Assembly (NCBI GenBank): GCA_047601445.1 | Contig: JASGJH010000001.1 | Location: 9,120,001-9,184,000, forward strand | From: Myxococcales bacterium | GTDB taxonomy: Bacteria > Myxococcota_A > Polyangia > Polyangiales > DASUME01 | DNA length: 64,000 bases | Reading direction: 5' to 3' | Part shown: piece after piece, positions 10,012 to 20,600 of the stretch | How the letters are laid out: each line of letters starts with the position of its first letter | Position numbering within the stretch: the first letter of the stretch is position 1 | Position numbers and translations under genes: made by a program | Notes under the pieces: model-generated | The model's input: only the letters and a program-made list of their open reading frames with translations | What the model was told of the DNA's origin: nothing | Database searches by the model: none

Positions 10012-11673
10012 TCAGACCTGCACGTGGCGGCGCATCTTGCCGAGCGCCTGCTCCTGCAGCTGACGGATGCGCTCGCGGGAAAGGTTGTACTTGTCCCCGA
10101 TCTCCTTGAGCGTGAGCTCGTCCTCGTTGTCGAGGCCGAAGCGCCAACGCACGATGCGCGCTTCCATGGGGGTCAAGGTCTTCATGAGCTGCTGCAGCTG
10201 CTCACTCCAGGTCTTGGTCTCCAGGTCTTCGTGGGGCGAGGGAGTGTCCTCCGCCGGAATGAAATCGATGAAGCGACGACCGTCCTCGTCGCCCACGTTG
10301 CGGTCGAGCGAGAAGGGGGCCACCGGCGTGCTCTGCTGGAGCTGCTTGAGCTTGTCGGCGCTGACGCCGGTCTCCTTCTCGATTTCCTCCGGGGTCGCCT
10401 CGCGGCCCGTCTGGGCCTCGATGGCGCGCGCCACGCGGGCCACGCGCTGGTAGGTATCGAGCATGTGCACGGGCACGCGCACCACGCGCGCCTTGTCGGC
10501 CAGGGCGCGGTTGATGGCGTGACGGATCCACCACGAGGCGTAGGTGCTGAAGCGGTAGCCGCGCGTGTGGTCGAAGCGCTCCACACCCTTGAGCAAGCCG
10601 AAGTTGCCCTCCTGGATGAGGTCGATGAGCGGCATGCGGCCGTGGTTGTAGCGGCGCGCGATGGAGACCACGAGGCGCAGGTTCGCGGTGACGAAGCGGT
10701 TCTTGGCCGCCTGCTGGGCGCGCTGGGCGGCCCGCACATCGTTCAGGTACTTGCGGAAGGCCACCGTGACCTGGAACTCGCCCACCACCATGTCGCGTTC
10801 GGCGGTGTGCGTACCGGCGAGGCGCTCCACGGCCTTCTGCGACTCGGCGACGAAGATGCGGTCGGCATCGAGCTCGCGCAGCTTGAGCGAGAGGGCGTCG
10901 GCCGTCTCGTCCCAGCGCTTTTGATCGGTCTTCGCGAGGGCCTTCTTGGGGGCCTTGGCCAGCTTGCGCAGCGTGGCCACCTCGGGGGGCAGCTCCTCCA
11001 AGTGCAGCTCGAGCACGCGCGAGACGGTCTCGAAAGCAGGCAGGTGCGAGAACAGCGCGCGCCAGTAGGCGACCTCGAGCTGGTGGATGCGACGGGCCGC
11101 CTCGAGCTCCTCGTCAGGCGAGAGCACGCGGTGGTTGGCCATCTCGCGGAAGTAGCGGCCGAGCATGGAGCGATCGTTGCGCTCCAGGTCACCGATGGCC
11201 TTCGCGGTCTCCTTCTCCACCTCTTCGAGGTCCTCGGCGCTCGGCTCGTCGCGAGGCTCGCCATCCATGCGCTCCTCGTCGGCCTCGGCGGGGGCCGCGG
11301 CCGCGGGGGCCTTGTCGTCGGCAGCAGCCACAACAGCCTTCTCCTGGACCTTCGCGCTCGTCTTGCCGGCCTTGGCGACGGCGGGGGCCTTGCCGGCCTT
11401 CTCGGGGGCCTTGGCAGCAGGCGCTACCGGCTCGGCCTTGGCGGCCGGCTTGGACTCGGCCTTGGCAGCCGTGGGCTTCTCAATCATGCGCACGCGACTC
11501 ACCGGTTCCGCCTTGGCTTCCGTGGCCTTGGTGGCCGGCTTGGCCATCACCCTGCTAGCGGGCTCGGCGGGCCCCTTGGGGGCCTCGGCCTTGGCGGTCG
11601 GCCGCGAGGAAGCAGCGGAAGAACGAGAGACCTGCTTCCCGCGAGCACTCGGCTTTTGCGCGCGCATTTCCAT
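10012..11673 (-). CDS. RpoD/SigA-family (group 2-like) sigma-70 factor with long Ala/Lys/Pro-rich N-terminus
   Basis: Region 1.2 [50 protein letters not shown]; region 4 TLKEIG...SRERIRQ; AAGGAG RBS. Confidence 0.93.
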   Translation of the reverse strand: MEMRAQKPSARGKQVSRSSAASSRPTAKAEAPKGPAEPASRVMAKPATKATEAKAEPVSRVRMIEKPTAAKAESKPAAKAEPVAPAAKAPEKAGKAPAVAKAGKTSAKVQEKAVVAAADDKAPAAAAPAEADEERMDGEPRDEPSAEDLEEVEKETAKAIGDLERNDRSMLGRYFREMANHRVLSPDEELEAARRIHQLEVAYWRALFSHLPAFETVSRVLELHLEELPPEVATLRKLAKAPKKALAKTDQKRWDETADALSLKLRELDADRIFVAESQKAVERLAGTHTAERDMVVGEFQVTVAFRKYLNDVRAAQRAQQAAKNRFVTANLRLVVSIARRYNHGRMPLIDLIQEGNFGLLKGVERFDHTRGYRFSTYASWWIRHAINRALADKARVVRVPVHMLDTYQRVARVARAIEAQTGREATPEEIEKETGVSADKLKQLQQSTPVAPFSLDRNVGDEDGRRFIDFIPAEDTPSPHEDLETKTWSEQLQQLMKTLTPMEARIVRWRFGLDNEDELTLKEIGDKYNLSRERIRQLQEQALGKMRRHVQV

Positions 11674-12069
11674 CGACACGAGCTCCTTGCGCCGCTTGGC
11701 GCAGGCAGAATGAGAGCGTCCAGCGGGGGTTCAACTCCGAGGACGTGCGTTTCGTTCCAAGCTTTCCAACCAATCGTATTTGCCGCGTCGCGAGCGAACG
11801 TACCCGGCCTGGTCCAGGTCACGCGGTCAATAGATGGTTGGTGGGCCCCCCAGCGGGGTCCGTTACATGAGGCCTCCGGGCCCCGTTTGAGGCGACAGGA
11901 TGAAGGCCAAGGGGCCCCCTTGCGCAAGCAAAATCATCCGGTCGCGCGGATTTTCTACGCCCAAAAACCTTCGGGGTCGAGTCCTCATTCCCGATTTGGA
12001 CCAAATGCGTCGAGCAATGCGCTAACCCAGCTCCGGAGAAGGGTCCTACTCGGACGGGACCCCTGTACC

Positions 12070-12516
12070 TCAACTCCCCGAAAGGAGACGCTTTACCAGC
12101 TCGCTCAGGGCCTTCCCGTCGACCCCGCTGAGGCGCTCTTTGGCCGCTTGCATCACCCGTCCCATGTCCTTAGGTGAGCTGGCGCCTAGCTCGCTGATTA
12201 CAGCTCGAACGGTGCTCTCCACCACAGATGCATCGGGAGCGGCAGGCAAATATTGTTCGAGAATGTCCTTCTCGAGACGTTCCTTTTCCGCCAAATCCGA
12301 ACGACCGCCCTGTTCGTACTGTTCGATGGCTTCCACTCTCTGCTTGCGTAGTCCGCGCACCAATTCTGCGATGCCGGCGTCGTCGACCTCCTTTTGGGAG
12401 TCTGCTTCGCGCAAGGTGATGGCCGCTTTGATCGAACGCAGGGCGTCGAGCTGAACGGTGTTCTTGGCGCGCATGGCGGCCTTGAGGTCCTCGGCGAGTT
12501 TGGCTTTCAGGCTCAT
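12070..12516 (-). CDS. GatB/YqeY domain protein
   Basis: MSLKAKLAEDLKAAMRAK, KQRVEAIEQYEQGGRSDLAEKE, DMGRVM. Confidence 0.92.
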   Translation of the reverse strand: MSLKAKLAEDLKAAMRAKNTVQLDALRSIKAAITLREADSQKEVDDAGIAELVRGLRKQRVEAIEQYEQGGRSDLAEKERLEKDILEQYLPAAPDASVVESTVRAVISELGASSPKDMGRVMQAAKERLSGVDGKALSELVKRLLSGS

Positions 12517-12525
12517 GACGGTTTC

Positions 12526-13566
12526 CTACTTTGCTCCTGCGACCGGGTGGGTGCCCGGGTCCGCCTCGACCAGGCCAGACCAGAGTCCCTCGGCGCCGCC
12601 TCGGCGCGCGCGTGCGCCCAGGAAGAGCGCGAACACCCGCTCGGGTCCGAACTCGGCACGATAGCTCAGCAAGCGCTGCGTGTAGCGGTGCAATCGATGT
12701 TCGCGTGTGAAGCCGATGGCCGCGTGCACGGCATGGCCGACCTCGGCGGCTCGGCGTGCGGTGGTGCCGGCCTGGAGCTTGGCCGCCGCGATGGCCTGGC
12801 CTGCCCCGGTGATAGCGAGCAGGCCGTGAGCATCCAATGCCGCACAGGCCACATCGACCGCCAGGTTCGCCGCTGCGACTTCGCAGGCGAGCTCGGCCAG
12901 CTTGTGCTGCACCGCTTGAAAGGTCCCGATGGAGCGCCCGAACTGGACCCGGGTCTGCGCGTGTTCGAGGCAGCTCGCCAATACCTGCTCGGCGAGCGCC
13001 GCTATTTGCACGGAACGCCCCAGCGCGCCGAGGAAAAACAGCTCGCTCACCTCCCCAGAGGTCTGCATTCGAAAGCAGACCGGAGCTCCGGCGATCGAAA
13101 GCGCGTCACGGGGCTCGTAGGCCAGGTTCAGCCCGGCTCGCGCCTCCACGCCACGGATCTCCATGAGCACGAGTTCGCGCCGACGCTCTTCCGAATAGGC
13201 CTCGACCCAAAGTTGGGCGGCCACCGCCGCGTGAGGAACGAAGTTCGCTTGGCCGCGTACACCGCTTTCGCCCACCACCAAATCGCTCGCCCGTGGGTCG
13301 GCCAACGTGACCAGCTGATCATCCATCGCGATGCCCAGCTGTGCGGCGACATAGCTGGCCATCAGTTGCTCGGTGAACGGGATGGCGACGGCGCGCTCGC
13401 TCGCGCAACGAATGAGTTCTGCCCCCTCCGACCAGCTGCTCAAGCCCTGCTGAAAGGGTGTCAGCAGGCCCGCTTGGCGTAGTTGTTCCCAGCTCGCGCC
13501 GCGTGGGTCGTCGTGCTCCGCGTGGTCGAGGATCTTGCCGAGGGTACCGCGCAGGATGTCGATCAT
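12526..13566 (-). CDS. Acyl-CoA dehydrogenase family protein (shorter partner subunit of a tandem pair)
   Basis: RVQFGRSIGTFQAVQHKLA, HAVHAAIGFTREH; ATGA overlap with the upstream ACAD. Confidence 0.85.
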   Translation of the reverse strand: MIDILRGTLGKILDHAEHDDPRGASWEQLRQAGLLTPFQQGLSSWSEGAELIRCASERAVAIPFTEQLMASYVAAQLGIAMDDQLVTLADPRASDLVVGESGVRGQANFVPHAAVAAQLWVEAYSEERRRELVLMEIRGVEARAGLNLAYEPRDALSIAGAPVCFRMQTSGEVSELFFLGALGRSVQIAALAEQVLASCLEHAQTRVQFGRSIGTFQAVQHKLAELACEVAAANLAVDVACAALDAHGLLAITGAGQAIAAAKLQAGTTARRAAEVGHAVHAAIGFTREHRLHRYTQRLLSYRAEFGPERVFALFLGARARRGGAEGLWSGLVEADPGTHPVAGAK

Positions 13567-14699
13567 CGCAGGAGCTCCTTGGCGATGATGCCGCGCAGGA
13601 TTTCGCGGGTGCCACCCCGCAAGGAGTAGGACGGAGCGAGCTGGCTGATGACCGCGTGCACCTGCATCAGGGTGTCGCCTCCCTCCAGCATTGCAGGGGT
13701 GCCGAGCACGTCGTGGATGGCCTGGGGGAGAGCTTGTTCGAAGCTGGTTCCCAGCTCTTTCACGATGGCCGCCTGGACGCCGACTTCTTCGCCACGGCTC
13801 AGGCGTGCCGCGACCGACAGCGACATCTGGCGCAGCACCGACAGCCGACCGCACAGGCTCCCGAGCAGAAGCTCTTGCTCGGGCTCGCTCGCAACCGTGG
13901 CGAGTTGCCGTAGCAGCTCGAAGCTCGACAGGATGCGCTCGGGACCGCTGCGCTCGAGCCCGAGCTCAGCCACCACCTGCTGCCAGCCCGCTCCCGCGCT
14001 GCCGATCAAGCGCTCCTCAGGGACGAAGGCCTCCTCGAAGGTGACTTCGCCGAAGTGATCGTGTCCAAGCAGGTCCAACACCGGCCTCACGGTGATGCCA
14101 GGGCAATCCAGATCGATCAGCAGTTGCGACAGGCCCGCGTGCTTCTGTGGAAGTCCGCTCTGGGTCCGCACGAGGGCGATCATGTGGGGAGAGCGGGTGA
14201 CGTGGGTGCCCCAGAGCTTGGTGCCGTTGACTATGAAGCCGCCCGGGACGCGCACCGCGCTGGTGCGCACCGACGCCAGGTCCGAGCCTGTGTCGGGTTC
14301 ACTCATGCCGATGCAGAAGTAGGCCTCACCGCGCGCGATGCGAGGCAGGAAGGTGCGCTTGAGGTGCTCGCTCCCAAAGCGCAGCAAGAGCGGACCACTC
14401 TGACGGTCTGCCATCCAGTGGGCCGCCACCGGGGCTCCCGCCGCCAGCAGTTCCTCGATCACGACGTAGCGCTCGAGGGCGCTCATGCCGCGTCCACCGT
14501 AGGCCTCGGGGAAGGTCATGCCCAGAAAGCCATGGCCGCCCAGTTTGCGACTGAAGGCGGCGTCGAAGGCGGTCCAGCTCAGGGCGCGCTGTGCAGCCGA
14601 GCGCTCGGGCAAGTGTTCACGTAGGAACGCGCGAATCTCCTCGCGAACGCGGTGACAGCTCGGCGGCAGTTCGGCGTGCGCGAAGCGCAGGGCTTGCAT
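13563..14699 (-). CDS. Acyl-CoA dehydrogenase
   Basis: PEAYGG, FCIGMSEPDTGSDLAS, NGTKLW, LGLERSGPER, GGTREILRGIIA. Confidence 0.92.
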   Translation of the reverse strand: MQALRFAHAELPPSCHRVREEIRAFLREHLPERSAAQRALSWTAFDAAFSRKLGGHGFLGMTFPEAYGGRGMSALERYVVIEELLAAGAPVAAHWMADRQSGPLLLRFGSEHLKRTFLPRIARGEAYFCIGMSEPDTGSDLASVRTSAVRVPGGFIVNGTKLWGTHVTRSPHMIALVRTQSGLPQKHAGLSQLLIDLDCPGITVRPVLDLLGHDHFGEVTFEEAFVPEERLIGSAGAGWQQVVAELGLERSGPERILSSFELLRQLATVASEPEQELLLGSLCGRLSVLRQMSLSVAARLSRGEEVGVQAAIVKELGTSFEQALPQAIHDVLGTPAMLEGGDTLMQVHAVISQLAPSYSLRGGTREILRGIIAKELLR

Positions 14700-14721
14700 G
14701 GGCCGAGCTATACCACTCGGG

Positions 14722-16233
14722 TCACTTGGCGGCGGCTTTGGCCGGGGGAGCGCTGGCGCTCGGCGGTTGAACCGAGGGGGCGCTCGGAGCGGGCGGCGAC
14801 GGAGCGGCGGGCGCGGCCGCAGCTGCCGGTGCGGCGTGGACGGGCGCAACTGCGGGCGCCTGGGCCGTCGTGGGCGCGGGGGCAGAGGCTGCAGCGGGAG
14901 CCACGGGAACTGCGGACGCCGCATGGGTGGGATGCCCCGCCGGCACCGGAGCGGGCGCAGCAGCAGGGGTTGGCTTGGCTTCCTTGGCCACGTCATGGGC
15001 GCGCTTGCGCAGGGCCCGCAACATCATGACCTGGCTGGCGGCAGCCAGGCCGTGGCCCATCGCCGGGTCCATGGCGGCAATCTTTTCGATCAACCAGGTG
15101 GTCTTGGTGATGTCGAAGGTGGAGTAACCGAGCACCACCGCTTCCCCGCCTGGCAATGTGGGCGTCTCGAAGCGCCACTTGCCCCCCTTGAGAGCACCGT
15201 CGACTGCATCGATGGAAAGCGTCTGGCCCTGGTCATTCATCAACATGACCCCCGAAGTCCCGATCAAAGGCAGGCTGATGCCCCACTCGAAGGTCTTTTG
15301 GGTGCCTTCGCGCTTGGTGACGCGCGTATAGCTGCCCGGGACCAGGGCTTTGCCGAAGGTCTCTGGCTCGGTCATCACCGGTCGGATGGCGGCCGGGGTC
15401 ATCCCGGTGCGCCCGAGGATGGTCAGCTTGCCGAGTCCGCTCGGGGTGAGCTCCATCATTAACAGATCCGCACGAGCCATCAGCTTCTTGAGCTTGTTCA
15501 GATCGTAGCTAGGAGCCTCGAACACGCTCTTGGCCAGCGTGGTGGGGGCGCGCCCTTCGCGGCGCTCGGCCTCGCGCTTGGTGCCGAGCACCATCACGTA
15601 GCAGAGGGCCAGGTTGACGGAGCGGTTGACGCTCTTCGCCGCGGCCTCGAGCTGCTTCATCACGAAGTTCGCCTCGCGCATGTCCACTCGCATCGCGAGC
15701 ATCAACAGGCTGCGCTTCTCGCCGGCCGGGAACACGCGCCAAAGCAAGCGGCCTTCCCCCAGCTGTCCGCGCTCGCTCTTCACGCTGATGCGGTGACCGA
15801 GCTCCGGATGACCGGCGGGCGGGGGAAACGAAGTCATCCGGTTCTCCCCCTCGAGGAACAGGACCCCGGTCTGCCAGGTCCACTTGTAGGCGGTCTGGGT
15901 CTGGTTCTGGGAGAGCACCTCGACGTGGTCGAGGGTCTTCATGAACTTCGGGTATTCCTTGGGGTTCGAGATGATATTGGCCACCGCCGCTGCGGGCGCA
16001 TCGACGTACGTGGCCACCAGCACAGCCGGTAACGTCTCGTCCTTGACCAGCTCCACCAGCGCCACGGGACCCCGCTCGAGCATCGGCGCGAGCAGGGCGC
16101 GCTCTTCTTCGTCGAGTGCGTCGAGACGCTGATTGAGCGCTTCTGCCGGGGTGTCGTCCGCCCGGGCCGAACGAGCGGCGCCGAGGCCGATGAGGAGGCT
16201 CAGGCAGGTGACCATCCATGCAATTCGTTTCAC
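14722..16233 (-). CDS. Exported protein with two SRPBCC/START-like (polyketide cyclase/Coq10) domains and Pro/Ala tail
   Basis: Signal peptide ending ARA; VDAPAAAVANIISNPKEYPKFMKTLDHVEVL is START-like; second repeat ...DAVDGALKGGKWRF. Confidence 0.6.
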   Translation of the reverse strand: MKRIAWMVTCLSLLIGLGAARSARADDTPAEALNQRLDALDEEERALLAPMLERGPVALVELVKDETLPAVLVATYVDAPAAAVANIISNPKEYPKFMKTLDHVEVLSQNQTQTAYKWTWQTGVLFLEGENRMTSFPPPAGHPELGHRISVKSERGQLGEGRLLWRVFPAGEKRSLLMLAMRVDMREANFVMKQLEAAAKSVNRSVNLALCYVMVLGTKREAERREGRAPTTLAKSVFEAPSYDLNKLKKLMARADLLMMELTPSGLGKLTILGRTGMTPAAIRPVMTEPETFGKALVPGSYTRVTKREGTQKTFEWGISLPLIGTSGVMLMNDQGQTLSIDAVDGALKGGKWRFETPTLPGGEAVVLGYSTFDITKTTWLIEKIAAMDPAMGHGLAAASQVMMLRALRKRAHDVAKEAKPTPAAAPAPVPAGHPTHAASAVPVAPAAASAPAPTTAQAPAVAPVHAAPAAAAAPAAPSPPAPSAPSVQPPSASAPPAKAAAK

Positions 16234-16381
16234 GATTGTCTTGACCCCCGAATCGCTTCCGATCTTCAAGGTAGCTCGAATGCTGCCTGCGGAGCGCTGC
16301 TCATGGTGCTGAGACTCGAGCAGGCACGCTTGACCGGATGGGCCCACTCAACCAAACCTGTCCCCATTAGAGGCCAGAACC

Positions 16382-17029
16382 ATGAAGATTTTCATCGATA
16401 GCGGTGACCTGAACGAGATTCGCGACGCCGCAGCCATGGGCGTGGTGGACGGCGTGACCACCAATCCCACCTTGGTCGCCAAAGCCGGACGTCCGCTTCC
16501 CGCGTTGATTGCCGAAATCTGCGAAATCATCGACGGCCCCATCAGCGCCGAAGTGATCGCCACCGACGTCGAGGGAATCCTCCGTGAGGGGCGTGCGCTG
16601 GCCAAGATTCACAAGAACGTCGTGGTCAAGGTGCCGCTGATCGCCGACGGCATCAAGGCGGTGAAGGTCTTTACCCAGGAGGGCATCAAGACCAACGTCA
16701 CCCTGTGTTTCAGCGCGACCCAGGGCTTGCTCGCGGCCAAGGCCGGCGCCACGTACATCAGCCCGTTCATCGGCCGCGTCGACGACATCGCGGGCGACGG
16801 CATGATGCTGATCAAGCAGCTGGTGCAGATCTACAAGAACTACGACTTCAAGACCCAGGTGCTGGCGGCCAGCATCCGCCACCCGATGCACGTGGTGGAC
16901 GCCGCCATGGTCGGGGCCCACGTCGGGACCCTGCCGCACAAGGTGATCTTGCAGCTCCTGCAGCACCCGCTCACCAAGAGTGGTCTGGAGCAGTTCCTGG
17001 CTGACGCCAAGAAGATCCCGCAGGGCTGA
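16382..17029 (+). CDS. tal: Small-type transaldolase (Fsa/TalC family)
   Basis: [31 protein letters not shown] Glu and SPF Phe favour transaldolase over FSA. Confidence 0.9.
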   Translation: MKIFIDSGDLNEIRDAAAMGVVDGVTTNPTLVAKAGRPLPALIAEICEIIDGPISAEVIATDVEGILREGRALAKIHKNVVVKVPLIADGIKAVKVFTQEGIKTNVTLCFSATQGLLAAKAGATYISPFIGRVDDIAGDGMMLIKQLVQIYKNYDFKTQVLAASIRHPMHVVDAAMVGAHVGTLPHKVILQLLQHPLTKSGLEQFLADAKKIPQG

Positions 17030-17068
17030 GGCACTCCTCTGCTTTCTCTCTGGCTGCGATCTTGGGGC

Positions 17069-17581
17069 GTGCGATTCGGCGGCACCCGGGTGCTCCTTCT
17101 GGGGGCCATCACCTGGGTGCTGGCGGCTTGCCTGTCGAGCACCTCTGCGCAGGCCCAACCCCTGGTGCATGGGGCGGTCGACGGGCGTGCGTTGATCGAG
17201 ACCTCGGGCCGCTATGGCGGGGCCATCACCGCAGACCTCTGGTGGGGGAAAGCGCTGCTCAAGGCGGGCCTCGCCGCCGGCGTCGGTGCGGTATCGAATC
17301 GCCGCGACGCGAGTTCGCGGGTGTTCACCCCGCTCGGGCTGTCGCTCTCGCTGGCGCCCAAGGCCCCTGACACGAGTGGCCCCCTGGCCACCCTGCGCCT
17401 CGGCTTTGCTCCCGGCGCTCAAAAGGGCGGCTTCGTCGTGGCGGGCTGGGCCAGCTGTGCCCTGGGCTACCGATTCTCCCTGGGTGAGGGGGCGAGCCTG
17501 CGGCTCGGGGCCGACGCGTGGTTCCTGATTGGGAAGCAAGGCGGCGTGTTTTTCGGTCCATTCCTGGGCCTAGGCTTCTAG
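17069..17581 (+). CDS. Small putative outer-membrane beta-barrel protein
   Basis: Signal peptide (AQA), alternating amphipathic strands, terminal FLGLGF. Confidence 0.6.
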   Translation: MRFGGTRVLLLGAITWVLAACLSSTSAQAQPLVHGAVDGRALIETSGRYGGAITADLWWGKALLKAGLAAGVGAVSNRRDASSRVFTPLGLSLSLAPKAPDTSGPLATLRLGFAPGAQKGGFVVAGWASCALGYRFSLGEGASLRLGADAWFLIGKQGGVFFGPFLGLGF

Positions 17582-17635
17582 CTCCCTTTCGCTGTAGAGT
17601 GCGCGCCTGTTGGGCTTTCTTTTGTCCGCGGGATC

Positions 17636-20600
17636 GTGAGGTTTTCGATGTGGCGCAGCGCACCGAGGAAGGGTGCCCGTCTGGGGTCTGCTCGCGATGG
17701 CTTCACTGTCTTGGCTTGCGTGGTGTCCCTGGTGGGGCTCTCGGCATGTAAGCCGGAGTTCGAACCGCTGAGCGATGAACGATCGGCCCGCGGTAGCCTC
17801 GGCGAAGAGGTCTACAAGGCCTTGTGCCGCCGCGTTGCTGGCACCGAGATGCCCGACGATCTCGACGGACGCGAGACCGAGGTGCTGTGCTTGCACTCCG
17901 CGAGCGAGGCCGAGCAAGAGCTCGCCAATCGCCCCGGGGCGTTTCCTCCGCGCCTGGTGGCGCTGGCGCAGCGCCGTGCGCGCATCGTGCGGGCTGTCGA
18001 CGACACGTTGCCGGTGGGAGTAGGGGACGAGCTCGAGCTCTTGATGCGCCAGCTCTTGCCCTTCTACGACCCGCCTGAGGAGCGCATCCAAAACAACACG
18101 CGCGCTTTCGCCGCGTTGCTGCGCAAGATCGCGGCTGACTCGAACGCGCTCGAAGCGCTGCAGCGCGTGGCGCGCGACGGCATGCTGTCTCGCGAGGGCT
18201 CCTTCGGCCTTTACCGGGGGCTCCTCTCGTACGACGAGTTGAATGGACTGTTTTCGGCGCTCTTGCCGGTGCTCACCCAGGACGCCTCGGTGCGGCCCTA
18301 CTTCGAAACCACGCTGGTGGGCATGGCGCTCGAGCTCGCGACGAGTGAGCTCGACGATGCACCCGACTCCGACACGCGTCTGATGAAGGACCTGTTGTCG
18401 CGCACGCATCCCGAGTTCGGCTCGGGACGCGCGCTGTTCGTGACCAAGCGCGACGTGCGGGGCATGCCGCTGCCGACGGCCGTGGACGGTCAGGCGGTGC
18501 CGTTTCCGTTCGTGGACGAGGATCGCGATGGCCTGGCCGACGTGGCAGGCGCGGAATTCGTGGTGGACGGACGCTTTGGGCGCGACTTGCCCGAGCCTTT
18601 TGCGGAGATTTCGGAGCAAGGCGTCGCGCGCGACGAGGCCGGACGCGCCTGCGCGCTGCAAGCGGATGGCACGCCGGAATGCGCGCGTACGCTCTATCAG
18701 ACCCAGGACGCCGACCTGACCATGCTGTCGGGCGCGCTGCGGGAAGCGGCCAAGCTATTCGATGGACAGTCGCAGACTGCTGTCCACGTTGCGCGATTGG
18801 TGCCGGCGATCTTCGGCGATCGCGTCGAGCATCCCGAGGTCTATGGCAAGGCCACCCTCAAGTATTCGGCGCCCGACACGTCCAAGAGTCCCATCGTGGA
18901 CCTGGTCCATGCTTCCACCGCCGTGCTCGATCGGCCGCTTTACGAGCAGTCTCTGGAGCTGACCCAGACCCTGGTCGACGAGCACGAAGCGGTCTTGGTG
19001 GAGGCGCTGAATCCGCTGCTCGCCCTGGAGCGTCGCACGCGCACGCAGGGCGACGCCTACCCAGGGGCCAAGCTCGCGAAGGACAGCACCTTCTGGGACC
19101 AGCTCTTGTTCGAGGCCGAGCGCATCAGCAGGCGCCGCAAGACGGCCGACGGTCCGACGCTGCTGGAGCTCTTGCTGCGCGGGGCTCTGGGCTACGCGCG
19201 CAATCCCTCCAACGGTGGGGTAGTGGAGCGTGTGATCGACCCCAACGTGCTCAAGCACCAGGGCGCGTTGATCGCCACGCTGATGCGCTACAAGGACGAA
19301 TGGCGCAACAACCCGCTCGGCGAGTCCAAGCGTGCGCCGAGCGACCCGCGTACCATTGGTAGCTTCCGGATCCCGGTGGATCGCAGTCCCGGCGCCAAGG
19401 ATTCGCCCGCGACCTGTGGCAAAGACGGCTGCGGTGGCGTAATCGACGGCTCGCCCTTCGAGCGCTGGAAGACCTCGCCTACCCAGAACTGCATGGTCCA
19501 GCGCGAGGGCCGTCCGGTGACGGGCAAGGACTGCGGTGCTCCTTCGAACCAGAGCATCCTGCAGCGCTCCATGGGATTGATTTGGGAGATGGCCGGGCGC
19601 TCCCAGTGCAACAAGGCCATCAGCCTCGGCGACTTGCTCGACTTCGCGGTGCTCAAGGACCCCTGTCAGAACCTTGAGTCCAGCCTCTGCACGCCGGGGA
19701 ACAACGATTGCGCATGTGCCGTGGATGCCGATTGCAAGGCCATTTTCGGGGGCAATGACTTCGCCTGCGACACGAGCGCCAACCGGTGCATCGCCAAAGC
19801 CGAGTCTGACAGCTGCAAGGCGCTCAAGCAGCAGCAGCGGGCAGACCGGCAGAAGCAGATCGACAACGCCGAGAACAAGGTCTTCAAGGACTACGCCTGC
19901 CCCAAGGACCAGCCGGCCGCCTTCTGCAACGGCATGGCCGACGCAGACAAGTACCCGGCCGCCTTCTACGACCCCGACGGCCCCGTCAACGGCGTGCCCT
20001 CGACGCTGTTGGAATGCCACCTGATCAACCTGCCCGACGTCGGGCGCTCGTTCGGTCGCGCACTGAGCCACGAGTTCACCATCGACATCCCGAACCCGTG
20101 GATGAAGCGCTACCTCACCGACGTCGCCCTGGCCAAGAACCCGGGGCGGCCCGATTGCGCGAATGACTTCCGCATCACGAACCCGTACGAGGACCCGGGC
20201 TGTGTGACGAGCTCGGCCAAGCTCTCGCGCGAGGTCTACACGGAGATGACCTACGAGCGCGTGCACGAGCTCGGGCAGCTGATCGCGTGGCTCATGGACG
20301 ACTCCTCGCTGTTCACCAACAGCAAGGACAGTCAGGAGCTGCGACCGGAGGTGGCGGCGCTCACGCGCGTGTTGTTCGCGCCGCCCGGCAGCAGCAGCTT
20401 CCTGATGTTCGATCCGCTGTTGATCCGCGGTGCACCGGCGGCCTGCCAGCCCGGTGGCAACATCCCCGAGTGCACGCTCGACGACAGCATGGGCAAGCTC
20501 GGTGAGACCTGCTGCATCGCCGACCTCAAGGCGCCCCCGTTCCGCTACCGACTGGACACCTACTATGGGGCCACGTCGTTCGCCTGGGAGCACCCCGTGA

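Noticed and set aside
11680..12069. Riboswitch or ncRNA in the long sigma-factor leader
   Set aside because: Only a short repeated CCCCGCTGG and no recognisable aptamer; needs an Rfam scan
9964..12177. 737-aa + strand ORF and similar long antisense ORFs (18755-20758, 39883-41868, 46231-48372, 53277-54884)
   Set aside because: Shadow frames of real high-GC genes on the opposite strand; no recognisable motifs
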